Below, piece after piece: positions 1 to 13,177 of a stretch of 64,000 bases of DNA. A model generated the notes under the pieces. It was given only the letters and a program-made list of their open reading frames with translations. It did no database searches and was not told where the DNA came from. The stretch is from the NCBI GenBank assembly GCA_951406725.2, contig OX597833.1, forward strand, positions 19,964,001 to 20,028,000, in the 5' to 3' direction. Position 1 is the stretch's first letter; every line of letters starts with the position of its first letter. The DNA is from Octopus vulgaris. Taxonomy: Eukaryota. A program made the translations under genes and the position numbers.

Positions 1-63
1 AGGGATAGAAGCTCTTTAAACTTTGCCCAGGCTATTCATATTCTAGTGGTGACACTCTCTGAG

Positions 64-578
64 CATATATATACACATGTATATACATACATACATATAT
101 ACACATGTATATACATATGTATATACATACATACGTACATATATACATACGTATGTATGTACATATATACATACGTATGTACATATATAGATACGTATGT
201 ACATATATAGATACGTACATACATATATAGATACGTATGTACATATATAGATACGTACATACATACATATGTATGTACATATATACATATGTATGTACAT
301 ATATGCATATGTATGTACATATATGCATATGTATGTACATATATGCATATGTATGTACATATATGCATATGTATGTACATATATGCATATGTATGTACAT
401 ATATGCATATGTATGTACATATATGCATATATACATAAATATATACATATATACATAAATATATACATACATATATATACATAAATATATACATACATAT
501 ATATACATAAATATATATATACATACATATATATACATATACATAAATATATATATACATACATATATACATATACAT

Positions 579-609
<31 letters not shown>

Positions 610-625
610 CACACACATATGTATA
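64..625. repeat. Compound (TA/TACA/CA)n microsatellite with higher-order 20-bp units
   Basis: ATATGCATATGTATGTACAT repeated about 6-7x at 290-430 and ACATATATAGATACGTATGT-type units at 160-260; source of the Y/I/C/M-rich ORFs. Confidence 0.95.
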
Positions 626-1172
626 TGGTGGCTGCCCCCTCGCTATCGAGTATGGCCATTGCATCAAGCTTAATCAATGTTGTTATCGTGCAATGCCTGT
701 GCAAGAAGATTTTTTTTGTAAAGTGAGGAAAGGCTGTGCACTGAGTCAATCCCACTCACTAAGCAACAGTAGCCATAATCCGAAAAGAAGAACAAGTCAA
801 CATCATCGGTAACCACTGAGCCGCAGGTTTTATGTCGGAGTTATCCCAGATATCTTCTCCAAGAAGGATGCCCTAACAAAAGCTAGGAGTCCTTCACTCC
901 CAATGGTTTAACCGCGCAATCGAGTATTCAGTCCGATTATTTCTATGTTCCTGCGCATGATACATCCTTAAGATATATATTGGATGGTCGTTGACTCCCA
1001 AGAGTTCCTCCGCCCTTTGACGGGTTTTGTTTACATCCTGCAGGGTGTCCAATAAACACCCCCCCGCACGAAGCAAGCTTGGTGGGGTTGCCGGTTTAGT
1101 CGCTGACGACTCGACCATGCAACTGGTTGTACTGGGTTACATGTTACCAGTAGCACTCAAAAGTGACCTGAC
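625..1172 (-). mobile_element. Short CpG-rich non-autonomous retroelement, probably RTE-related 5'UTR plus 3' end
   Basis: Sharp boundaries inside microsatellite, higher GC and CpG, several hairpins at the minus-strand 5' end; resembles invertebrate RTE 5' regions from memory only. Confidence 0.4.
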
Positions 1173-1249
1173 ACATATGTATATATATACATATTTATAT
1201 ATATACATACATACATATATATACATATTTATATACATATATATATTTT

Positions 1250-3432
1250 TTTTCCTCTAGTTTCAGCTCAGAGCTGCGGCCATGCTGATGCACCGCTGTT
1301 TTGTGCTACACTGTTATTGCAAAGAACCTCGTCTAATATGTGGCACTTGGTGAAGAATGGAGTTTGATATAGCTACTCTCATTTGCACCTCTTGCCGTGA
1401 GGTAGGTTCATCTGGGATTCTCGACAGGAAGATGTCCAGCTTTGATTTAAAAACCACTACATCTACTTTGTGCAAGTTCCTAAGACTCTTTGGGAGAATA
1501 TTAAAAAGCTGTGGGCCCTTGAAACCCAGGCTGTTGCAGAAGCTGGTCCTGAAGTGTGATGGCATTGCTGGGATCTTTGGCACTATGCAGTGTCGTCCCG
1601 TTCTAGCATTGGTGTAGCTTACAATGCCAAAATTTGGCACAATTCCTTCCAGGATCTTCCAGACATATATTACTGCATACCTCTCCCGTCTTCTCTCCAG
1701 GGAGTAGAGTCTTAGCTGTTTCAACCTTTCCCAGTAGCTGAGCTGTTGCAAAGAGATGATCTTCTTTGTGAATCTTCTCTGGATTGCTTCAAGGTCCGCT
1801 GTTAATTTTACACTGGTGGGTGACCATAGCTGTGAGCAGTAATCCAGGCGGCTGAGGACGAATGTCCGCCAGAGGACCATCATAGTTTCCTTATCTCTGG
1901 TTCTGAATGTTCTTAGGATCCACCCAGCCAGTCATCTGCACTTTGTTGCCATCCTGGTAATGTGCACTTGGAAAGAAGTATCATCACTCATGTCGATACC
2001 CAGGTCCCTCACAGACTTAGGCTCTGGGATTGAAATTCCCTGTGGACCAGTGTATCCTGTAAGTTTAATATTCAGTTTTGGATGCTGGTAGCGCAGGGCC
2101 TGGAATTTTTCAGCATTAAACTGCATATTATTATCTTCAGCCCATCTGTAGATTGAGTCCAACTCCTGCTGCAGGTGTGCAACATCGCTGAGATTTTGTA
2201 TTTTCTGCGAGACTTTCGTATCGTCTGCATAGCTGGCCAGAGTGGCAATCCGGGCATTTGAGGGTATATCTGAGAGGGCCACTATAAAAAGCAGTGGTCC
2301 CAAGACAGTGCCCTGTGGAACACCGCTCACTATTTGTGTGTTCATAGAGGTGGCTCCATTAACCACTACCGCCTGACTCCTATCATTTAGGAAGTCATGT
2401 AACCACACCCCAAGTTATCCAGCTATGCCGAGGTCATGCAATTTGTGGCATATCATACCATGATCCACCTTGTCAAAAGCTTTTGCAAAATCAAGGTAGA
2501 TTACGTCCACATTTGATTTGTTGAGTAACTGCCTCAACACCCAGTCATAATGTTGTAAGAGCTGGGTCAGGCAGCTCCTACCTGGTCGAAAACCATGCTG
2601 GGTATCACTCAGCCAGTTATTTTCCTCAAGGAATGCGATTAGTTTCTTTCTGACTATCCGTTCCATGACTTTGCTGATGTGTGAAGTCAGAGAGATTGGC
2701 CTATAGTTTTTGGCATCTGCTCTACTTCCCCCTTTATGTATTGGGCATATTATTCCCTCCTTTAGCTTGCTTGGCAGTTTGCCATTCGCAAGAAAGCTCT
2801 GGAAGAGAATCTTGAGGGGTTTTGCCAGGGCATGCTTACACGCTTTGAGGAGGATGGCTGGGAAACCATCTGGACCAGCAGCTGAGTTTGTGTCCACTTC
2901 ATCTATGGCTAGTAGGACATCTTTTTCGCTAATGCCAATACATTCTATTGTAACCGCCTCACTGGTTATAGGTGAAGCGGCAAAGAAGTTCACTGGTTCA
3001 TTCACTTGTTTGTGTTCCAACGGGGTGGTAAAGACACTTTTGAACTGGTCATTCAGCATCTCACTGATCTTAGTTGGACTGTCTGTGAGGGAGCCACCCT
3101 TTTGGAGGAGGGGTCCTATCTTGTAGTGCATTGAGACTGTTTCTTTCGATAATGAAAGAAGGCCTTTGGGTTTGATTTAGTATTTTTTATAACCCAGGCT
3201 TCTTTGTCTGCTTTCTCCTTCACATAGGATTGTTGCAGCCTTTTTTCGATCTCCATCAGTGTGGTTTTCAGGCGGGACGTTGGTTGAGACGATTTGCAAC
3301 CTTCGTCCGTCGTCTCATGAGGATCTTCCTGTCTCTTGGAATCTTGCTCCTATTTGTTTTGGCCTTGTGCTCTGGGACATATTTCTGGCATACGGCTTGC
3401 ACAGAAGACATGAAACATTCTAGTTTCATGTC
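1250..3432 (-). mobile_element. 5'-truncated, disabled CR1-group LINE (ORF2 reverse transcriptase to C-terminus, short 3'UTR)
   Basis: Broken ORFs 3268-3430, 2415-3131, 1932-2408, 1314-1883 with RT motifs NYRPISLTS, QHGFRPGRSC, YLDFAKAFDKV, SGVPQGTVLGPLLF, YADDTK, and C-terminal LYSLERRRERY, FNILP, FKSKLD; stop at 1932, frameshift near 2410; A-rich tail near 1250. Confidence 0.95.
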
Positions 3433-3433
3433 A

Positions 3434-4110
3434 ATATATATACATACATACATATACATATATACGTACATATACATACATATATATATATACATACATA
3501 CATATACATATATACGTACATATACATACATATATATATATAGATACATACATATATATACACATACGTATATACGGATGTACATACATACATATACATA
3601 TGTACATACATATATATACACATATACATAGATACATACATACATATACACATATATGCATATACATACATACGTATACACATATATGCATATACATACA
3701 TACGTATACACATATGCATATGTATATACATACATATACACATATGTACATACATACATACATATATACATGTGTACATACATACATATACATACATATA
3801 TACATATGTACATACATACATATATACATACATACATACATACATATGTATATACATACATATATACATATGTACATACATACATATATACATACATACA
3901 TAAATACATATGTATATAGATATATATATATACATATGTATATAAATACATATATACATACATATATACATATGTATATAGATATATATATATATACATA
4001 TGTATATAAATACATATATACATACATATGTATATAAATACATATATATACACATATGTATATACATATATACACACATATAGATACATACACTTATGTA
4101 TGTATGTATG

Positions 4111-4144
<34 letters not shown>

Positions 4145-4348
4145 TACATATATATATATGCATACAAACATATATACGTATACATATATATATACATACC
4201 TATTTACATATATACATACATATATACACACACATATATATATATATATATACATATATATACACATATATATATACACACACACATATATATATATATA
4301 CATATATATATATGTATGTATGTATACATATGTGTATATATATGTATA
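3434..4348. repeat. About 900-bp compound (TA/TACA/TATG)n microsatellite
   Basis: Directly visible; abuts the truncated 5' end of the LINE. Confidence 0.95.
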
Positions 4349-4841
4349 CCATAAATCCTCAAGTATAATCCGTTTTTTTCCCCGAAAATTAAAAGGTCAA
4401 AATCTCTAGTGCGTACTATATACAAGGTCAAAAATGAAAAATATTTTCTAAGCAATGTCTGAGTCGCTATTTGCTGTCCGGCAATGTTTATTCAGATGCA
4501 TTTTGTGATGCCGGGCACGAAAATACCTTAAGCTAAGCCTGAAAGCAATGAAGTTATAGAAGAATCATCCATAAGTTGCTGTAAGCAACATTTATTAAAA
4601 TAAAAATATTCAGAACACAGAATAACCTGTAACAAAAACAATTTGCAAACATATTTACATTCCCATATAACAGTTAAGAATATCACCACTATTGTATTAT
4701 GCATGCGTGGAAGTGTTTGTTTGACTCAAGTTAGAGAAGGGTTGCGTATTATACACAAAATTTAGGCTTTTCAGAGGCACAGCCTCCTAAAAATCCCCAG
4801 TGTATTATACACAAGGGCAGAATATACTCGAGGATTTACAG
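4349..4841. mobile_element. pogo/Tigger-like MITE with TA target duplication
   Basis: TIRs TA|CCATAAATCCTCAAGTATA and TATACTCGAGGATTTACAG|TA; subterminal G(C/T)GTATTATAC repeats. Confidence 0.8.
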
Positions 4842-5321
4842 TAATTGATGAATAGTATCATCATCATCTTCCACGATGATGTAAGTTGGGTAGTTTTGAA
4901 GGATCCAATGAACTGGAGAACTGTGCTAAGCTCCAATGTTTGTTTTGGCATGGTTTCTACAGCTTGGTAATCTTCCTATCATCAACCATTTTACAGAATG
5001 TACAGAGCGCTTCTTCTTGTGACACTGGCATGAGTTAGCATTTAAATTATTGTGTCAAATGTAACATTTATTCATTCATATTATTTGGAATTAATTATGC
5101 ACTATCTTGTAGCTTTTGAGATTTCAATGATGTAATGGTATACTTTTAGAATGATGCTTTAGAAAGAAGGTAGATGTGTGAGGCCAGATCTCACCAGTTT
5201 GAACACAAACCAAGTAGACTAAAGGGTTAAGTAAAATGAAAAAGCAATTATAAAATCTTTCTGGGTCCTGAATTTTCAGAAGTTTCACTAAAGGAGACTG
5301 TGCACCATTCTTCACATGAAA

Positions 5322-5575
5322 TCATCATCATCATCGTTAACGTCTGTTCGACTGGGGTCTGGGAAGCCAAGGCTGCACCAGGCTCCAGTCTGATCTGGCA
5401 GTGTTTCTACAGCTGGATGCCCTTCCTAACGCCAACCACTCCGCAAGTGTAGTGGGTGCTTTTTACGTGCCACCTGCACAGGTACCAGGGGGGTCTGGCA
5501 TCAACCACAATCGGTTGGTGCTTTTAACGTGCCACCGGCACAGAAGCCAGCCAAGGCAGCGCTGGCATCGGCCCA
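5322..5575 (-). mobile_element. RTE 3'UTR fragment with (GAT)n tail
   Basis: CATCATCATCGTTAACGTC...CTGGATGCCCTTCCTAACGCCAACCACT, matching the 3'UTR of the RTE at 54013-55295; related copies near 4858, 7700, 15455, 16265, 17560, 56098. Confidence 0.85.
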
Positions 5576-5679
5576 TAATAAGAGTCATAATATTGCAGAC
5601 CCTGCATAAGTCATGCTGGCATGATAAAAACAGGTGCAAAAATGAAGACAAGCATAACACACACATTATTTATATATAT

Positions 5680-5732
5680 TTTTTTATCTAGTTTCAGCTC
5701 ATGAGCTGTGGCCATGCTGGGGCACCGCCATT
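5680..5732 (-). mobile_element. Isolated 3' end of the CR1-group LINE family
   Basis: Minus strand GGCGGTGCCCCAGCATGGCCACAGCTCATGAGCTGAAACTAGATAAAAAA matches the LINE end at 1250-1298. Confidence 0.75.
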
Positions 5733-6369
5733 CAAAGTTGCATCCCTAGTCATACACATATATATCATCAGATTAAAAAGTTGCCTAGCCGTACTTATTT
5801 TTCCTTTTGACTCTTTTACTTTTTATTTTCACACACGAAGAATACCTAAGACTAGAATTGGTAGCATACCATAGGAATACTAGCGGCTATTCGGGAATTC
5901 TAAGGGTGAACGAGCTCTATTTGTACTCTTAGATGTTCATAACAGAACACACTATATATATCATCATTTTAACATCTGCTTTTCTATGCTTGTAGGGAAC
6001 AGATAGAATTTTGTTGAGGCAGATTTTCTATGGCTGGATGCCCTTCCTGTCACCAACACTCGCCCATTTCCAGGTAAGATAATATTTCCCTATGGCCAGA
6101 TGTGTTTTTCACAGGAGGCTAGAAATTAACAGCATTATTTGTATGATGGCGATGCTCATTTGTAACCATCATGTGATGTCAAGATAAGGCTAAACACACG
6201 AGAATGTAGAAAATTAGCTGCATTTTTACCAAAACTTTCTTAAGGTTGGCACACAGCCTTCAGGGCACACATGCTAAAAGATGGCACTCTTGTAGTTATG
6301 TAACCAAGGTTTGACCTTGATTGCTCCAGTTTTTTCTTTCTTGTGCTACAGAGTAAACTTGGTTGCTCT

Positions 6370-7030
6370 GCTGGCAGTGTGCACCAAGGAAGAACAGAGG
6401 TCAGTGACCTGATTTCTCAAGCTTGAAATGTTTTGCAGGCTTTAAGCACAATATAAAGACAGCACTCTGCCATATAGAAGTGTGTACGAGGGGCTCGAAA
6501 AGCTTAAAAATGGCTGGACAAGAGTGAAGCATGAAGAGGGAGCAGGACGCTAACCAACCTCCACCACTGACAAACAACCATTGATGAGGTGGGATGTTCT
6601 CTGCATATTAGTCATGGCTCTGCATACAAAATCATTCACAGCTAGCTTCACTTTTGTAAAGTCTGCCAATGGAGCTTATGAGAGCACATAAACGCAATTG
6701 TGTAGAGACCTACCAACACTTACTTGACCACTACAATGATGAAGACGAAGCTTTTTCTGGAGAATTCAACAGGCAAAATATGGAGTGGAAATATCCAGGA
6801 TCGCCAGTGAAACAGAAATTCAAAACTCAATCTTTTGTAGAAAAAGTGATACTGTCTTTTAGGATACAAAAGGACCTAGACAGGAACATTATCAGGGAAA
6901 GGGGTCTACAGTCACCGATGATGAGTAACATGAGTAAAATGCTAGCCAACAAACTGAAACCAGAAATTCACACCAAACATCAATGTCTATTGTCAAGAAA
7001 GGAATGAGGGATGACAATTGAAAAACTGGA
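6370..7030 (+). pseudogene. Degenerate mariner transposase
   Basis: Translated pieces CTKEEQRSV, RSVYEGLEKLKNG..VKHEEGAGR, ISHGSAYKII, RQNMEWKYPGSPVKQKFKTQ..KVIL match mariner HTH and DDD regions; stops and frameshifts. Confidence 0.85.
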
Positions 7031-7493
7031 ATTTCAACTTGGTTCTCGATCGGCTCCAATGCACCAGCCAGTGGTATGTGAGTGTGTGTGTGTATATATA
7101 TCTCTCTCTAAATATATATATATATATATATACACACACACTCTCTATTCAGACTGTATATCAAGACATATCAAGAATGAATTACTTATTGGTTGACATT
7201 TGACAATAAAACACAACCAGGTGGAAATCAAGCTTTTTTGTCAAATATACACTCTTGTACAACAAAAATTATAGGTTTATAAATTAACTTCTTTACAATA
7301 TATTACATTATATATGTGTGTGTGTCTGTGTGTATATAAAGCACATATACATTGTGCAGATCATCATCAGGAGGTAGTTTTATAAAATGAATTTCACATT
7401 TTAAATATTAGCCATATAATGCAACAAAACTTAAAATAGACAGAATAACAAGCAGAATGAAATGTAAACAAAGCCAACATTGGATTGTATGTG

Positions 7494-7545
<52 letters not shown>

Positions 7546-8965
7546 CAGATGCACACACACACACCAGGAATACTGGTGCTAGGTGGGTGGGTGTTAAAGT
7601 TGATCCCCGTGGGATTTGAACTTAGAATGTAAAGAGCTAGAAGAAATACCACTAAGAATTTTGTCCAATGTGCTAATGATTCAGCCAGTTCACCGCTTCA
7701 TCATCATCATTTGATGTCCTCCTTTCATGCTGGCATGGGTGGAACGGTTTGACAAAAGCTAGCCAGGCAGAAGCCTGCACCAGACTTCTGTAACTGGTTT
7801 AGCAGGATTTTTACAGCTGGATGCACTTCCTAACACCAACCACCCAGCAGAGTGGACTTAGTGCTTTTTACATGGCACAAGCACAAGCAAGGTCATTTTT
7901 AGTAAGGTTTTTACAGCTGGGTGCCCTTCCAAACACCAACCACTTTACAATGTGGACCAGGTGCTTTTAAGTGGCACTTGCACTGACAGGGTCACCAAGT
8001 ACTTGCAAGACGAAAAACTCTTTTGAGAGGGGATGGGGGCATGAATGTATGTATGTACACACACGTATATACGCTCACATACATACATATAAATGCACTC
8101 AAAAGGTTGAAGCAACTTCAAAGAGGAGCTTTACATGAACATCATGTATACATTGCTTATGGGATGGCCAGCTGATGGATTAGCTTCAAGTGCTCATAGG
8201 TCTAGAGCAAGATTGCCTGCTAACCACCACTCTTTTCCTGGAATTTGTCATGAAAAATATCAACTTGATTGAAAAAAAAAATGGGGTATGGAAATAAATT
8301 ACTCCAAATGGAAAATCCTGTCACTTAAAATGGAAATCCTCACACTGGAAATAAGACACAACAGACTGCGGGTTACTTGGTAACAGTGAAAAAATGGATC
8401 GCACTAGCAGCTACATAGAATGGAACATTACACAATCTGAAAGAAGCAAGATATTAGCCAGCGTTAGGTTGTATTCAATAGCCTTTCCCAAGTGCAACCA
8501 AATATCTCAAAAACGTGATAGACACGCAGAGCAAATGTTGTTGACATACAATGTTTATGGGCTTTAATTTCACATGACATACCATTCTTGAGTTCGGATA
8601 AGTTTGGTATTTTGTATGTATGTGTGTATGTTTGTGATGAATATGTGTGTGCACACACACTCACATTTACATGCACACACATATTCATCACAAACATACA
8701 CACATTTACACACATACATACAAAATACCAAGTAGTATTTAATAGAGAAAAATAAATAACATTACTGCATGTACTTTATATGCACTTTCTGACAAGTTGT
8801 GGTGCACCTGAGCACTGTATACAATAATTTCATTATATTATATTGAATGCCACCCTGTAGACCGCTCAGAGTCATGAAGACAGGTTCACCACCTGCAAAC
8901 CAGCGGGAGAGAATCTGATCGTTGGTGGTCCTGTTGGCAGGACTAAACGAAGGTTCGGAGGGAGG

Positions 8966-8970
<5 letters not shown>

Positions 8971-9026
<56 letters not shown>
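8971..9026. repeat. (GA)n microsatellite
   Basis: Directly visible. Confidence 0.95.
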
Positions 9027-9027
<1 letters not shown>

Positions 9028-9179
9028 AATTAAAGAAAAAGTAATTACATACATATATCAGGAAGTGTTTCAACATAATGCACAAACGTAAAGAATTTTT
9101 ATAGAGAGATTCCTTCATAAAACCTAACATTTATATAAATAATATACATTTTACTACGCGGGCAGAATTTGGAAAAACA

Positions 9180-11675
9180 AAAGGGGACTAAATACACTCA
9201 AGTCGAATTACTCCAAAAGGAAATATATATTGTGAAGATTTATTATTGAAACGTATATTCTTTACCAGCAATTTGCAGTAAATAGTAAATATGTATAGAA
9301 ATTGGGAATGGGGTATAATAAACACAAGATTATTTAATAGGAGGAAAGATTTTCCCCTCACAAATGTCCGTCCAAAAAGCAGATAAAAAAATTTTCTGCT
9401 AACCCGAATCATATAATATTCATTTGAAGGTATCTTTCTCCCCCCCCCCCGCCAAAAAAAAAAAAACGGAAACATCCTTCAAGAGACAACATTCGTTACC
9501 CCCACCTCTCCTCCTACAACGGTGTCTTCGACAATTTGGTCTTTCCTATCACGAGTGAGGAATTAAAGAAAACGTAACTCCTTACCAAAAATGAGTCAAA
9601 ATAACAAGTGGGATATACATAAACACACGACCTACAAGCCAGTAAGGAACGGCTTCTAATCTATCGTAATGTTAGCTATAAATACAATTTCGGAAGTTAT
9701 TAGTGATCTGGTATTATGGCACAAACATCCTACGCCAAAATCTAAATTGAAATAAAATAAAAACGACGAAATATAGGTAAAATATTAAATGTAAACATTT
9801 CGACCCCCATCCCACTATGAAACGAAGTGAAAGGGAGTGAGTCAACAAGTACTTTTTTTATTTTTTTAAGCAATTTATATTTGTCTTAATGTCAGAGAAA
9901 AGGGCACCTTAAGAAAGTCGCTTAATGTATGGAAACAAAGCATCACGAGGAAGGGTTGTAGAGATTAATATAGGAAAGACTGGTAGCATAAATAAGCGAG
10001 TAGTGTCAAAGAGCCATCTTCAGAGAGGATGTGTACGCTTTTAAATTCAACTGACCCGATTGAGGTAAACAATTTAAACGAACTGATTGCCCAGGCGATT
10101 GCGAGAAGAAAAACAAAATTGCCTTTCTGAAAACTTAAACTACGTGAAAATCTAAGGCAATTAGTAAAATAAAATATTAAAAAAAGTCTAGCGAGACTTT
10201 GTGTCTGGGGAAAATAGGAAAAAGTGCAAGAGAATTAGTGACGTTTATACATTTCCTTAAAGACATTTAACGACGTAGTTGACGTTTAATGGTTGTCAAC
10301 TGGTATTCGAAAACGTGATTCGTATCCATAATTTGTTGAAAGCTTACCTTTGCATAATAACAGCAAGAAGACGACGAAAAAAAGCCAGAAATGGATGAAA
10401 ATTCTAAGCTCGTATTTCAGACATATTTACCATGAAACTATTGTTTGTCCAGCCCACCCATACCTCCTCTACACAAGGAGTTATCGCCCTTCCATGCTGC
10501 AGTACAATATCACATCTTATTAGTAAACATCGCTTTTATTTATATTTTTTAAAAGATTTTCATTACTGTAGTAATTATTGTTGTTATTAGTATTTATCCA
10601 GCAATGTAATTTGATAAAAAATAAATTTAAATTGTGAGAACGGAGAGAAAAATTAAGGTTTTTTTAAATATTTATTTTAAAGATAAATTATATACATTAC
10701 TAAAATATGTGTATTCGAATTTGATGATTCACCCTCTATCACTACTCTGAGTTTCCTGGTTAGATGCGAACCTTCAGAACGAAAACTCCAAGAAGAGATG
10801 GGGTGAATCATCAATCAGCGTCGAACAAATAAATAAACACTACTATGTGTATTGAATTTTATTTTTATCTCTCGTTTACATATCCAAACATTATTTAAAT
10901 CAAGAGAAATAAAAAACAATATCTGCTACTTGAAATTCCCCCAAAAACAAAAAGATCTTTTTTTTCGGATTGCAAATATATAAATAAATAAATAATAATA
11001 AAAATAAATTTTTAAATTGGAAAATATTTAATATCTCTACCTGTCTAGATCGTCCACAGTTGGCAAATCAATTCACAATGTGAATCAGTCAATTGTGTTT
11101 TAGGTGGCCCAGAGGCGATGTGAGCGATTGTAAGTTTCACATGTAACACACCATTTCATATCTATGGTCTTGTAAGAAAACAATCCCTCGATTCACATAC
11201 GAATGCTCTCATTTGCTAACCGTTTATTGCTGCTTTTCCTTATCATAGCTACTACCATTACTATACAATGACAAGTCAATAACAAAAATGTCTAGCTTTC
11301 CTATATTGACAATATTATGAATGGGGGAATTGATCAGGCTACGAGCCAGGTTGTCGGGGAAATAAAATTTCTAAATCGAATTCGAATCTCCAGAAAAAAA
11401 TGGAATTAGAGATTACGGATACGCGTTTTCACCTTCCTTACAGTCTTTCTAAACAAAGAAGATAATAATAATAATAATAATAACCCAGAGGGGAAAACAA
11501 TAATGGCTTATGTTGTTCAATCAATTCGCGAAGTTTTCACTGACACAGCGGATTCTTTAAGAAAACTATTAGTCATAGTTTTCTGAAATATGTTTTGAAT
11601 GTCGATCAGTTTATGTAATATCCGTGAAACTGGAAAAGAAAACTATTTATACACCTTGTGTATGTATATATGTGA

Positions 11676-11728
<53 letters not shown>

Positions 11729-12385
11729 GAGATTATTTTCGTTTTTTCTATCAAGTATAATAAATTGTGCTGATCAATCGTTTATATATATACTAGCAGT
11801 ATCGCCCGGCGTTGCTCGGGTTGTAAGGGAAATAACTATATAAGCATTTTTAGAGAGTTATAGCCAAAAAGTAGCAAAATAGGCCTTAATTTCATTTTAG
11901 ATTGTGGGAAATAACAAACTATCCTTTCTTTCGGTTTGTTTACGTTTAGCGTAATGATTTCAAATAGGCTCATTCGAAAAAGTAAATAGAAATAGTCTAA
12001 GGCTCTTCTGGGAAAGTCTGTGGCTTGGTCCAGTTTCTTCAGAAAACTCACCGAAAGAAACAGTTTTTAAATTTTCACAAGCATTTGACACACACACCAG
12101 AATGTGAGTTTTCTGTAAATTTTGCTTAATTGGAGTTTAAATTTTAAAAACTGGACCTGGCATGACGCGATGCATTGTACTTTCAAAAATGCCAGGTAAA
12201 TTGTAATTGAAGAAATCCTATATTGTAGATTTCTATAACTCCCAAAGGGAGGCAGATAAAATCTGCCTTTTATAATAAGAGATATATATGAATATGTTTG
12301 TATATCTGTGTATATATATAATGTATGTATAACTGTGTGTATATAATGTATGTATATCTGTGTGCATATATAATGTATGTGTGTG

Positions 12386-12416
<31 letters not shown>

Positions 12417-13145
12417 ATGTATGTGTATGTGTATATACACATATATGTATATATATAAATATATTTAAATATATATATTATATATTTAGATATATATTAT
12501 ATATATTTAGATATATATTATCATCATCATCATCATGATATTATATATATCTATCTATATAATATATATATATATATATATTATATATTTAGATATATAT
12601 ATTATATATATATATATATATATTTAGATGTGTGTGTATTATGTATGAACACACACACGAGAATAAACATGAATCAGTTTCATTAGCAAAAGAGGTAAAA
12701 AGGAAAAAAAAAACCAAACCAAAATCAAGGAATCAAAAAAAAAATAATAATAAACAACAACAGGAATCAATTATTAAGATGTACTTTTACATACATACTT
12801 GAGGTTGAGTAAACGTTAAGGGAAATCCACGAAGAAGGAGGATCAGGCCAAAGACATAATAATATAATAATAATAGTACACGTGTGCAGACAAATGCAGT
12901 TGTTGAAAGAGACAACGGAGAGAAAACAAAATGTCCCTTAAAACATTGAAAAAGACAAAAAAAAGACCAAAGTGCCCCTATTATATAATAACGATTAATT
13001 AATATCTCAAGAAAATTAAATACCACAGCGTTTTTCGTCGATGCGATTTTGCTCCTATCCTTTTGTTCAGAGGAGAAATACAGGTTCCAAGGCATACGAA
13101 ATAAAGAAGGTGGTGATATATCTTTTAAAAAAAAATGCGTGTATA

Positions 13146-13177
<32 letters not shown>

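Noticed and set aside
32-4455. Long Y/I/C/V/M/H/T-rich ORFs (also at 45268-45921 and 61200-62317)
   Set aside because: Translations of (TA/CA/GT)n microsatellites, which lack stop codons in most frames
10722-10750. C/D-box snoRNA or SECIS reading of TGATGA...CTGA
   Set aside because: TGATGA is buried in the perfect stem, there is no terminal D box, and SECIS geometry is not met
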